Shown: piece after piece, positions 46,750-56,005 of the stretch
How positions within the stretch are numbered: position 1 is the first letter of the stretch
Layout of the letters: the number at the start of each line of letters is the position of its first letter
From: a virus
Reading direction: 5' to 3' (one strand)
DNA length: 64,000 nt
IMG/VR virus record: IMGVR_UViG_3300032323_000670
Coordinates: 1-64,000 of that record
Notes under the pieces: model-generated
Told to the model about the DNA's origin: nothing
What the model saw: only the letters and a program-made list of their open reading frames with translations
Databases searched by the model: none
Translations under genes and position numbers: made by a program

Positions 46750-47718
46750 ATGATTAGAACTAAATCTCTTGTTGATTCTCTTAGTGATGTACCATCTAAC
46801 TGGGTATTTGAAAACTACTGCGGTCTTAGTGAAAGACTTACAGGTCAAGATGTAAAGATTAAGTCTCTGTTCAATCAAACAGAACGTACTCCTAGCTTTG
46901 TGATATTCTTTAATGATAACAAGTATTTCTATAAGGATTTCTCTAGCGGTAGGGGTGGTAATGGTTTTAATCTTGTAATGAATCTTTTCAATCTGACATC
47001 TTCTCAAACTGTAGCCAAGATCTTGTTTGATTATAATGAGTTTATGTTAAGCGGTAAGACAGCACTAGATATAAATTCATTTAAGAAGCAAGCTAGATAC
47101 CAGGTTAAAGATTATAAAGCTAGACAGTGGGTTAAAGGTGATGCAGAATTCTGGACTTCATTTGGTGTTGACTCTGATACATTATCTAAGTTCAAGGTTA
47201 TACCTGTAGATAGTTACCGTATGGAGAAAGAGACAGGTGAGAAACTAACTATCAATGGTCCTAACATATATGCATATACCAGATTAGATGGTACAGTATA
47301 TAAGGTATATCAACCTAAAGTTGCTGAACATAAGTTCCTAAAGGTTAAGAACTATATCCAGGGTACTGACCAGTTAAAGTTTGATCAACCTAATCTTGTA
47401 ATCTGTAGTTCTTTAAAGGATGCCATGTGTCTTACTAAGTTTGGTTATAACACTGAAGTTGTAGCACCAGATAGTGAGAATACATTAATACCTCCTGGAG
47501 CTATTGCAATGTATCAGCTCAAGTATAAAACTATATGTACTCTCTTTGATAATGATGACGCTGGTATTAAAGCCGCAGAGAAGTATCAAGAGCAGTATAA
47601 TATCCCGGGTGTTATCTTACCTATGTCTAAGGATCTATCTGATTCTGTTAGAGACTATGGTATACCTGAGACTAGAAAAGTGTTACACCCTTTATTAAAA
47701 GAAGCATTAAAAAAATAA
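46750..47718 (+). CDS. dnaG: DNA primase (TOPRIM)
   Basis: ERTPSF, YKDFS, SSLKDAM, FDNDDAG, KDLSD. Confidence 0.88.
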   Translation: MIRTKSLVDSLSDVPSNWVFENYCGLSERLTGQDVKIKSLFNQTERTPSFVIFFNDNKYFYKDFSSGRGGNGFNLVMNLFNLTSSQTVAKILFDYNEFMLSGKTALDINSFKKQARYQVKDYKARQWVKGDAEFWTSFGVDSDTLSKFKVIPVDSYRMEKETGEKLTINGPNIYAYTRLDGTVYKVYQPKVAEHKFLKVKNYIQGTDQLKFDQPNLVICSSLKDAMCLTKFGYNTEVVAPDSENTLIPPGAIAMYQLKYKTICTLFDNDDAGIKAAEKYQEQYNIPGVILPMSKDLSDSVRDYGIPETRKVLHPLLKEALKK

Positions 47719-47722
47719 AATT

Positions 47723-47941
47723 ATGGGAATTTCATATGAAACGCAAGTAGAAGAATGTCGCTCTTTAACTAGACATGAGCGTCTTCGTGAGATAGTTGGA
47801 AAGTATTGTCTACCTGACCAAGCTGATAAGGTAATCCTTACAGTATTAGCTGATGTTCAGGGTTATGATGATGCAGATACTTATCGTAATGTTAACAATA
47901 TTATAAAAGAACTTGCAACAAGTAACTTAGGTATAGAATGA
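47723..47941 (+). CDS. Hypothetical protein
   Basis: 72 aa in the operon. Confidence 0.6.
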   Translation: MGISYETQVEECRSLTRHERLREIVGKYCLPDQADKVILTVLADVQGYDDADTYRNVNNIIKELATSNLGIE

Positions 47942-48357
47942 GTTGGATATATCAGCATAAAGAATTTACCGAGGAGATGATTCCTGATGGTGCTGTAGGA
48001 TTTGTATACCAGATGGATGTTATCATAGATGGTGAACGCAAGTCCTACATTGGCAAGAAGAACTTCTTTGCGGATGTTAAGACAAAGCTTTCTAAGAAGG
48101 CATTGTCTACTGATAAACGCAAGAAGACTTACAAGCGCGTAAGAAAAATTGTATATCAAAATTACTACAGTAGTAATGAGAAACTTAAGGCAGCTCATAA
48201 GGCTGGAGTACAAATCAAAAGGACTATCCTAAAGATATGTTACTCTAAGACAGAGCTCTCTTATCAAGAAGTTAAATACCAATTTATGTGTGAAGTACTA
48301 GAGAAAGACTTCTGGTTAAACGCTAATATCTTAGGTAGATTCTATAAACAAAAGTAA
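47938..48357 (+). CDS. GIY-YIG-type endonuclease
   Basis: GFVY...YIGKK, YYSSN, terminal NANI. Confidence 0.75.
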   Translation: MSWIYQHKEFTEEMIPDGAVGFVYQMDVIIDGERKSYIGKKNFFADVKTKLSKKALSTDKRKKTYKRVRKIVYQNYYSSNEKLKAAHKAGVQIKRTILKICYSKTELSYQEVKYQFMCEVLEKDFWLNANILGRFYKQK

Positions 48358-48358
48358 T

Positions 48359-48718
48359 ATGGCAAGCTTAAAGACAGCAACCTTATTTGCAGCATTGAAA
48401 GATGCTGGTGTAACACATGTAGAAATTAGATATGATGGCGGAGGAGACTCTGGCCAGGTGGAAGATGTAGAATTTTATGGAAACAATTTAGATACTGCTG
48501 CTCTTAATGATAAGTTTGAAGGAGATCTACAAGACCTAGCTTATCATATACTTGAGGAGCATTATCAGTATGACTGGTATAACAATGATGGTGGTTATGG
48601 AACTATAGACATTGACTTTGAAGAGGAACCTCCTACTATAAATATTAATGGTTATGTAAGAAATCTTACTGATGCTTATGGTTCAGTTGACCTCACAGAT
48701 ATTAAGTGGAAAGAATAA
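48359..48718 (+). CDS. DUF6878-like protein
   Basis: VEIRYDGGGDSG...WYNNDGGYG. Confidence 0.7.
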   Translation: MASLKTATLFAALKDAGVTHVEIRYDGGGDSGQVEDVEFYGNNLDTAALNDKFEGDLQDLAYHILEEHYQYDWYNNDGGYGTIDIDFEEEPPTININGYVRNLTDAYGSVDLTDIKWKE

Positions 48719-49059
48719 TGGCGCATCCATATGATCATGCTCGCAGTTCCGCTAAGAAGTGGGGAGGTGAGCCTGAGGAATACATGCACATTCATGAATG
48801 GTTTGATGCTACTAAGGCCTGGTATGGTCATAGTATGCATAGATTATTCAGGCATCACAGTGAAGGTATCTTTGAATGTGAAAGGGTCTTCGGGCCCTTC
48901 TTTGTTAACTCGGTAGGTAAAAAAGTTATGACTCGCTATGTAGGCGAGCAACATGTAAAAGAAGATTGCAATGGTTATCTACCAAGTGCAAAGGAGTGGA
49001 TTACTAATATGAATAACCCTCCGGTATGGATGTTAAAAACTTTAAAAATTGAAGACTAA
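48718..49059 (+). CDS. DUF6915-like His-rich protein
   Basis: HPYDHARSSAKKWGG, HRLFRHH, GEQHVKED. Confidence 0.75.
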   Translation: MAHPYDHARSSAKKWGGEPEEYMHIHEWFDATKAWYGHSMHRLFRHHSEGIFECERVFGPFFVNSVGKKVMTRYVGEQHVKEDCNGYLPSAKEWITNMNNPPVWMLKTLKIED

Positions 49060-49466
49060 TGGGAGAAGTATTTAAACTTGATGAGACAACATACAAGAAC
49101 TTGTTGTCAATGGCTAAGTCTGTAGATAGAGAGAACCATATTGTGGTTAAGAATCTTATTGACTCCTCAGATATTGAGGCCAACTTACCCTATGTACTTA
49201 TGTTATATAAGGAAGCTGGGTATAAGAATATAAATCTTGAACAAGATACCATAGAAAAGATAAAAAGCTTTACAGGTATTACTTATGGTAATACATTAAC
49301 CTGGAATCATATCTATGAGATTCTTCACAAAAATGTGAATGTTGATCCTATAGCTATGGCATTCTTCATTAACAGATTTGCAGAAGAGTTAGGGAAGCAA
49401 TTAGAAACTGCTGGTTTTAGTTTCATGGAGAAGTATCAACTAACATTAATAGCTAAAGGTAAATGA
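49059..49466 (+). CDS. Helical protein, paralogue of the C-domain of 51846 and 52961
   Basis: LDETTYKNLLSMAKSVDRENH motif. Confidence 0.75.
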   Translation: MGEVFKLDETTYKNLLSMAKSVDRENHIVVKNLIDSSDIEANLPYVLMLYKEAGYKNINLEQDTIEKIKSFTGITYGNTLTWNHIYEILHKNVNVDPIAMAFFINRFAEELGKQLETAGFSFMEKYQLTLIAKGK

Positions 49467-50650
49467 CAAAACAAGATAGTCTAGCAAAGGCTAGCAAAGA
49501 ACTGATGTTAAAGGAGCCCTTCTATGGGCTCTTTCTCATTGGACTAAATAAACTATGGAGCAATAGAGTTCCTACTGTCGGTGTATGTAAGCATAACATA
49601 AACTTCCAGTTGATGATCAACGAGGAGTTTTGGGAAAGCTTGAGTCCAGAGCATCACATAGGTTTGTTGAAGCATGAGCTGTTACATATAGCGTTCTTCC
49701 ATCTTACTATACACAATGATTTTCCAGATAAGAAGCTAGCTAACATAGCTATGGACTTGGAGATTAATCAGTATATAGATGCACAGTATCTTCCTGACGG
49801 AGGATGTACCATCGATAACGAGATGTTTGGTCCTATGAATCTTCCTAAGAAGGCAGGTTGTAGAGAGTATTATGACTTACTACAACAGCAATTGAATAAT
49901 GGAAATAGCGCTTTACAAGATATGCTTGATCGTGCAAAGATGGGACAAGCCTTAGATAAAAATGGCAACCCTATTCCTAATCATGATACATGGGAAGAGT
50001 TTGAAGACTTAAGTGAAGCTGAAAAGAAACTTGTTATGAAGCAAGTGGAGCATCAACTTAAGGAGATTGCAGAACAAATAGAGAAGTCTAGAGGTCATGT
50101 ACCTGGAGAACTCAAGGGTTTACTAGACAAGCTTAACAGTAGCGAGCCAGCTAAGTTTGACTGGAAGTCTTATCTTAGAAGGTTTACTGGAGGTAGTCAG
50201 AAAGTATTTACTAAGAAGCTTAGACGTAAGTTTAATAAAAGATTTGAGGATAATCCTGGTCTTAAGATTAAATACCGTAAGCACATCTTAGTTGCTGTAG
50301 ATACTAGCGGTTCCGTTAGTGATAAGGAAGTACAAGAGTTCTTCCATGAGATTGATCATATCAATAAGACCGGTGCAGAAATTACTATTGTACAATGTGA
50401 TACAAGTATCCGTCATATAGGGCCATACAAGGCTGGAGATAAGATAGAGATACATGGTCGCGGTGGTACTTACTTTGATCCTGTTTTAGAATTGTACAAT
50501 GAGCACCAAGATAAGTATACTTGTTTGATATACTTAACTGATGGTGAATGTGATTGTAGTGTAAAGCCAAGAGGCAAAATGTTGTGGGTAATCTCTACCC
50601 GTGGAAGTATAAACAAAGACCTACCTGGTCCACAAATTAAATTAAACTAA
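49463..50650 (+). CDS. Metallopeptidase-like plus vWA protein (DUF2201 type)
   Basis: HELLH, NIAMDLEINQ, VDTSGS MIDAS, GRGGT, YLTDG. Confidence 0.9.
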   Translation: MTKQDSLAKASKELMLKEPFYGLFLIGLNKLWSNRVPTVGVCKHNINFQLMINEEFWESLSPEHHIGLLKHELLHIAFFHLTIHNDFPDKKLANIAMDLEINQYIDAQYLPDGGCTIDNEMFGPMNLPKKAGCREYYDLLQQQLNNGNSALQDMLDRAKMGQALDKNGNPIPNHDTWEEFEDLSEAEKKLVMKQVEHQLKEIAEQIEKSRGHVPGELKGLLDKLNSSEPAKFDWKSYLRRFTGGSQKVFTKKLRRKFNKRFEDNPGLKIKYRKHILVAVDTSGSVSDKEVQEFFHEIDHINKTGAEITIVQCDTSIRHIGPYKAGDKIEIHGRGGTYFDPVLELYNEHQDKYTCLIYLTDGECDCSVKPRGKMLWVISTRGSINKDLPGPQIKLN

Positions 50651-50655
50651 GCATT

Positions 50656-51846
50656 ATGAGCGCAAATCAAGTTAACTTAAACACAGACGAGTTGAAGACC
50701 TTTATCGGTCACATTGTAAAGAATAATCAGCACATCCAAACTGAAGGAAAGATTCCTGTAGCAGTGAACATTGAGGGTGAGGCAGGTATTGGTAAGACCA
50801 CTACCATTTTGCAGATTGGTAAAGAACTAGGACTAGATGTAGTTAAGTTGAATCTTGCTCAGATTGAGGAGCTAGGTGACCTTACGGGTTTTCCAATTAA
50901 AGAATTTGAAGTAATGAAGACTACAGATGATGGCAAGAAGGTAGCTAAGTGGGTACCTGAGAATGTAATGCCAATGTATATTCAAAATAAATATGTTCCA
51001 ACTGGTGAGAAGCGTATGGGTTATGCTACTCCAGAATGGATTCAAGGTAAGGAGCAAGGTGGTATCTTAATCTTAGATGACTATAGTCGTGCTGACCAAA
51101 GATTTACCCAAGCTGCGATGGAATTAATTGATCGTCAAAAGTATATCTCGTGGGAGTTACCAAAGAACTGGCATATTGTATTGACTAGTAATCCTGATAA
51201 TGGTGACTATCAAGTAACATCTATGGATGCTGCTCAGAAGACTCGCTTTATTACAGCTTACTTAAAGTTTGATGCAGATTGCTGGGCTCGTTGGGCAGAG
51301 CAAAATAGTATTGATTCTCGTTGTATTAACTTTTTGTTGATGCATCCTGAGTTGGTTACACAGACAACTAATGCTCGTAGTATTACTACCTTCTTTAACT
51401 CTATCTCTAGCATAGAGAACTTTGAGCAGGACTTACCACTTATTCAAATGATTGGTGAGGGTAGTGTAGGTAGCGAGTTTGCTACTCTATTTACTACGTT
51501 CATTAACAACAAGTTGGACAAGTTAATTACCCCTAAAGATATGTTGACTAACAACAGCTGGGAGTATGTTAAAGGTCAGATGAATAACTGTGTTGGTAAG
51601 GATGATGCATATCGTGCAGACATAGCTAGTATCCTAGCATTGCGCTTCACTAACTATGCTGTTCATTATAGCACAGATAACACTGTAGATCAGAAGATCA
51701 TTGACCGTGTTACTAACTTCATCACTGATAAGGACATCTTCACTAATGACTTAAAGTATGCTATTATCAAGGGTATCCTTAACGGAAGTAAGAAGTATAC
51801 CAAGTTAATGTTAAACGCTAACATCGCTGCTATTGCAGTTAAGTAA
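50656..51846 (+). CDS. MoxR-like AAA+ ATPase
   Basis: GEAGIGKT, LILDDYSRA, TSNP, DAAQKTRF. Confidence 0.88.
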   Translation: MSANQVNLNTDELKTFIGHIVKNNQHIQTEGKIPVAVNIEGEAGIGKTTTILQIGKELGLDVVKLNLAQIEELGDLTGFPIKEFEVMKTTDDGKKVAKWVPENVMPMYIQNKYVPTGEKRMGYATPEWIQGKEQGGILILDDYSRADQRFTQAAMELIDRQKYISWELPKNWHIVLTSNPDNGDYQVTSMDAAQKTRFITAYLKFDADCWARWAEQNSIDSRCINFLLMHPELVTQTTNARSITTFFNSISSIENFEQDLPLIQMIGEGSVGSEFATLFTTFINNKLDKLITPKDMLTNNSWEYVKGQMNNCVGKDDAYRADIASILALRFTNYAVHYSTDNTVDQKIIDRVTNFITDKDIFTNDLKYAIIKGILNGSKKYTKLMLNANIAAIAVK

Positions 51847-52958
51847 TGAAAATGGATTTGAATCTCGGTAATGTAACAGACACCATGCTGAAGCAGTTAC
51901 CATTTATTAAAACAAAGGTAAGATATGCCGGTATAGATAGGAAGCATAAACCACTTCCTCATACCTGGCTGTATACTGTAGATGATGATTCAGTAGAAAA
52001 GATTAATGCACTCCTCAAGGGGGGTGCATTAGTTTCTCTACCTGCTAAATCTAAAGGGTATGTTATACCCGGTTGTAAATATAGTGTTGGTCAATTGAGA
52101 GACATTGCTCGTATAAATAACTGGATCATTACTAATGATGCTTCTAAAGCAGATTTCTTTATTGGTCACAGTAATAATGTAAGTATAGGTAATGCAGATC
52201 AGCAAGTTCCTAATGCTCTTATAGCTAGTAATTGTCCTGCACTAAGGTATGATATGCCTGATGATTTTAGTAGAGAGAAGATAAAACTAAAAGGTGGTGT
52301 CTTCAATACTATAATGGATACTGAGAACTATATGGTATTTTCTAGAGCATACTACCGGTATTATGATTCTTGGTCTCCGTTGCATAATAATGAATGGACA
52401 TATAACTTCCTGCACCCAAGAACTGTAGAGATGTTATACCGCATATTATCTATGAAGACACCTGTTATAGATGAGGACTTGATCTTTAATTCTATAGAGC
52501 GTATTACCATAGATGATTCTATATATAGGACTTTGAGCACTATGTTTAACTCTGATATGGAAAATCGTACAGTAGCTGGAGAAATGTTATTCAATTGTAA
52601 CTATGAGACCTCTATGTATTACATCTATAAGCTTCTTAAAGAAGATTATTATCAGGTAACAAATGCTATGAGCAATGCTAATGTTAAAATCATGTCTGAT
52701 AAGTGTGACTTTAACGGTCTTAGATATACTAGTTACCCTGCAGCTATAAAGCTATTCCTAAAGAGGGGTTTGTTAACAGAGGAAATCTATGACAATCTTA
52801 TTATGGATACTATTGAAGATCATGTTAAAGAGAATATGCCTGATGATGCAAGAAAGTATGTAAAGCTTACACCTTCCTGGAGCAAAACTTATCAAGAGTT
52901 TATGGAGGAAAATAAACCTAAAGAGGAGCCTAAAACTGAGGGTCCATTACCATTTTAA
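51846..52958 (+). CDS. BRCT-like plus helical domain protein
   Basis: IPGCKY...ITNDASKADFFI; IDDSIYRTLSTMFNS repeat domain; ends EGPLPF. Confidence 0.65.
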   Translation: MKMDLNLGNVTDTMLKQLPFIKTKVRYAGIDRKHKPLPHTWLYTVDDDSVEKINALLKGGALVSLPAKSKGYVIPGCKYSVGQLRDIARINNWIITNDASKADFFIGHSNNVSIGNADQQVPNALIASNCPALRYDMPDDFSREKIKLKGGVFNTIMDTENYMVFSRAYYRYYDSWSPLHNNEWTYNFLHPRTVEMLYRILSMKTPVIDEDLIFNSIERITIDDSIYRTLSTMFNSDMENRTVAGEMLFNCNYETSMYYIYKLLKEDYYQVTNAMSNANVKIMSDKCDFNGLRYTSYPAAIKLFLKRGLLTEEIYDNLIMDTIEDHVKENMPDDARKYVKLTPSWSKTYQEFMEENKPKEEPKTEGPLPF

Positions 52959-52960
52959 TT

Positions 52961-54085
52961 ATGATACAAGAACAACTAACACTTACTGTAAGTAATAATG
53001 AGCTAGTACTTATACCTAGCCGTGTACTAGTAGATGATAAGAAGAAATACTTACACTATCGCTGGCATGAGAATGAATATATAAAAGTATTCAAACAGGC
53101 AACTGCTGATAAGAAACTAGATCTTACTAATGTAAAAACAATATACTTTGCACCTAAGTGCAGTATTCCTAGAGATAAGGCTAAGCCTTTCTTGGAGGAA
53201 AAGAAGATCAAGACTGTTAGAGATAGAGATACTGCAGATATTATTATTGCAGGTACAGATTCTATAGACGCAGGTCTAGATACAAAGCACCTTTATTACA
53301 TAAAAACTTCTGATGTAAAACCGTTTGCAGATGGTTTTAAAATTGGAGGTAATGCGCATAATCTTGTAGAGCGGCTAGCCACTTATACAGGCAAGCATGT
53401 CATTCTAGATAGAAATGTTATTACACCATTTTATATAAATAATCACAATTCTCCTACTAAAAACATGTACGGTAGCATCTTACATGGTAGTTCATTTAGA
53501 AGTGGAGAGTACTATGGTGACTATATAACAACTGTTATAGATGACTTCTTACTTACTAGTTCAAATCTTAGTAATGTTTATTCACAAGAAGTATTCAACA
53601 ATCTTATTGGTGACACAGTTATTGATAGAGATGCCTTTGAATCTTTGAGAACTATGCTAAACAGTATGGATAAGGATAATCACTTAGTTGCTATGACCAT
53701 TATGGCCGGTTGTAACTATGAGAAAAGCTTTGTATACTTGGCATTGTTACTTGAAGAATTTGGTAGAAACGCTATCTATAATCATAAGTATAGAAACACT
53801 GTGGGTTTTAAGTCCCTGACTAACTGGCTTGGTTATAACAAGTACCGTTGGGATAAAGATGCTATCCTAGATGTATCTATAGAGAAAGGGTTACTGACCC
53901 AAGAACTATTGGATACTGTTAAAGCTAGTGTATTAGATGGGGCTGTTACTTATAGTAACAACTTTGAAGTTGTAGATGTTAGATTAACAGCGGATGTGCA
54001 AGCTAAGGTAGATAAACTTTTAAATAAACAAAATGATAGACTTCCAAGCGGAGGAGAACTTCTACAAGAAGAAGTTTCACTTTAG
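52961..54085 (+). CDS. BRCT-like plus helical domain protein (paralogue of the previous gene)
   Basis: FAPKCSIPRDK...VRDRDTADIII; IDRDAFESLRTMLNS repeat domain. Confidence 0.65.
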   Translation: MIQEQLTLTVSNNELVLIPSRVLVDDKKKYLHYRWHENEYIKVFKQATADKKLDLTNVKTIYFAPKCSIPRDKAKPFLEEKKIKTVRDRDTADIIIAGTDSIDAGLDTKHLYYIKTSDVKPFADGFKIGGNAHNLVERLATYTGKHVILDRNVITPFYINNHNSPTKNMYGSILHGSSFRSGEYYGDYITTVIDDFLLTSSNLSNVYSQEVFNNLIGDTVIDRDAFESLRTMLNSMDKDNHLVAMTIMAGCNYEKSFVYLALLLEEFGRNAIYNHKYRNTVGFKSLTNWLGYNKYRWDKDAILDVSIEKGLLTQELLDTVKASVLDGAVTYSNNFEVVDVRLTADVQAKVDKLLNKQNDRLPSGGELLQEEVSL

Positions 54086-55001
54086 TTATTCCGGGTTCAA
54101 CAAGTTGTTGTATGCCCCGAGTGCATTTTATAAACACTATATCCTGAATCAAAGAGAGGATAAGATGGAGCAGCACCTGATTGAAGGTAGCCTGCTTCAC
54201 TGTCTTCTCTTAGAGGAGGATAAGTTTCATGATAAGTATGTGGTGTCCCCGGTAAATTTGCCGGGTGACAGCATTAAGAATGTTGTTGACAAGGTATTCA
54301 CAAGAGCTTGGGCTAATAACAATCTTGACTTATCTTTGGAGCAGAATGAGTTTGATATCCTTGAGATACTAAAGGAGATCAATCTGTATCAGAGTCTCAA
54401 GACTGATGCACAAAGAGTTGAGAAGGTAGTTACTGACGCAAGTATAAGTTACTATAACTTCTTAACTACAAAGGGTGACAAGGCTGTTATAGACGAGGAC
54501 ACCCTAAACAAAGTAAAAGGTTATGCTGAGATCGTAAGATCTAATGAGAAGATTACAAACTTACTCAATATAGGCGGTGCCTTTAGTATGAGTGAGGTGC
54601 CATTTGTAATGGACACAAAGTATGCCTTTGGCCTTAGAGGTTTTGTAGATAACGTTAACATTGATCACGGTGCCAAAGTGATTTATATTAATGATCTCAA
54701 GACTAGTGGAAAACTGTTACAAGATTTCCCGGAGACTATAGAATATTATAAGTACTGGTTGCAAGCTGCAGTGTACTGTAAATTAGTAAGGGCTAACTAT
54801 GGCTTAAGTGATTACAAGATTAAGTTTCATTTCATAGTGGTTGACAAGCTCACCCAGTGTTATGCATTTGAAGTTAGTACTGTAACACTTAATAGCTGGA
54901 TGGATAGACTAGATGAAGTAATGAAAATTGCAGACTATCATTACACAAATAAAAAATATGACTTACCTTATGAGTATGAGGTAGGTAATGTAATCCTGTA
55001 A
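54033..55001 (+). CDS. PD-(D/E)XK exonuclease (RecE/DUF3799-like)
   Basis: SYS, GSLLH, GFVD, DLKT, YWLQAAVY. Confidence 0.85.
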   Translation: MIDFQAEENFYKKKFHFSYSGFNKLLYAPSAFYKHYILNQREDKMEQHLIEGSLLHCLLLEEDKFHDKYVVSPVNLPGDSIKNVVDKVFTRAWANNNLDLSLEQNEFDILEILKEINLYQSLKTDAQRVEKVVTDASISYYNFLTTKGDKAVIDEDTLNKVKGYAEIVRSNEKITNLLNIGGAFSMSEVPFVMDTKYAFGLRGFVDNVNIDHGAKVIYINDLKTSGKLLQDFPETIEYYKYWLQAAVYCKLVRANYGLSDYKIKFHFIVVDKLTQCYAFEVSTVTLNSWMDRLDEVMKIADYHYTNKKYDLPYEYEVGNVIL

Positions 55002-55006
55002 ATTGT

Positions 55007-55567
55007 ATGATCAAATCCTTGTATACAACGTATACCCAGAAATCTAGAATGTTTTTATATCCATTTCTAGGGATTAAGCGTGGCATAAGTGTTACGCCAT
55101 TAGAAAGCTATGTTTCTTGGACAGGCATGTCAGAGCCTGAGGATAAGAATCTAATCTGTGTTTATACGCTCAGAGATGATGAAGAGTTTAAGTTATTTGA
55201 AAGAACAAAGCTTTTAGGTAATTCTAAGTTCTCATCATTTTATGAGCTTCCTGATAACAAAGGTGCGTATATATTCACCTTTGAAGATGAGCCTAAGTTA
55301 TGGAGCTCATTTATGCGGGGTAAGTATACCGAAATGCCAAAAGACAAGAAGGATTTAATCCTTAAGTTTTTTGAAGGTAATACTCAAAACCATTCTCTTA
55401 TAGATAGCTATCTGAATCCAGATAGGTATTATCAGTTTTATGCTGATGAGCTTGGTGTTCCTGTAGAAGTATTGAAGGAAGTTGGTCAACTGTGTGAAGC
55501 TCCTAACATGGAAAAAGAAAAGTTAACCAGTGATATAAAGCAGATTCAGTTTTTAGACTATATTTGA
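55007..55567 (+). CDS. Conserved hypothetical protein
   Basis: 186 aa; FMRGKYT and PNMEKE motifs. Confidence 0.75.
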   Translation: MIKSLYTTYTQKSRMFLYPFLGIKRGISVTPLESYVSWTGMSEPEDKNLICVYTLRDDEEFKLFERTKLLGNSKFSSFYELPDNKGAYIFTFEDEPKLWSSFMRGKYTEMPKDKKDLILKFFEGNTQNHSLIDSYLNPDRYYQFYADELGVPVEVLKEVGQLCEAPNMEKEKLTSDIKQIQFLDYI

Positions 55568-55590
55568 CACTCTTAAAAAAATCAACAATT

Positions 55591-56004
55591 ATGAGCAACA
55601 TGATGCTAATCACCTCTACTTGGAAAGAGGGTAAAACTTTCAAGATGATTCCTACAGATGCGGATTGCCCGTATGTAGAATGTATTTATGATCCACAAAT
55701 CAAAGTCCTAGCAGTCATCGGTGCTATTACTAAGGATATCTTTCACATGATGCCTAAGCTTGATGCTAATGGTGATCCTGAAACACGTAAGTCTCCAGCA
55801 CGAGATGGTTCTCCATTCAAACAAGAGCGTAGAACTATTGAAACATTCCAAGAATACTATTTGGAAGAGCGTAGTGAGATTGAAGGTTTCATTAATCACT
55901 TTGCACACAACGCATCTACATATGACTACAAGACATATTTAGATATGGAGGCAACACCTGTAAGTGATATCCCTAATTTTCCTACATTAAGCGTAACAGA
56001 ATAA
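55591..56004 (+). CDS. Hypothetical protein
   Basis: ATG at 55591 after the TATATTTG box at 55559. Confidence 0.75.
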   Translation: MSNMMLITSTWKEGKTFKMIPTDADCPYVECIYDPQIKVLAVIGAITKDIFHMMPKLDANGDPETRKSPARDGSPFKQERRTIETFQEYYLEERSEIEGFINHFAHNASTYDYKTYLDMEATPVSDIPNFPTLSVTE

Positions 56005-56005
56005 T

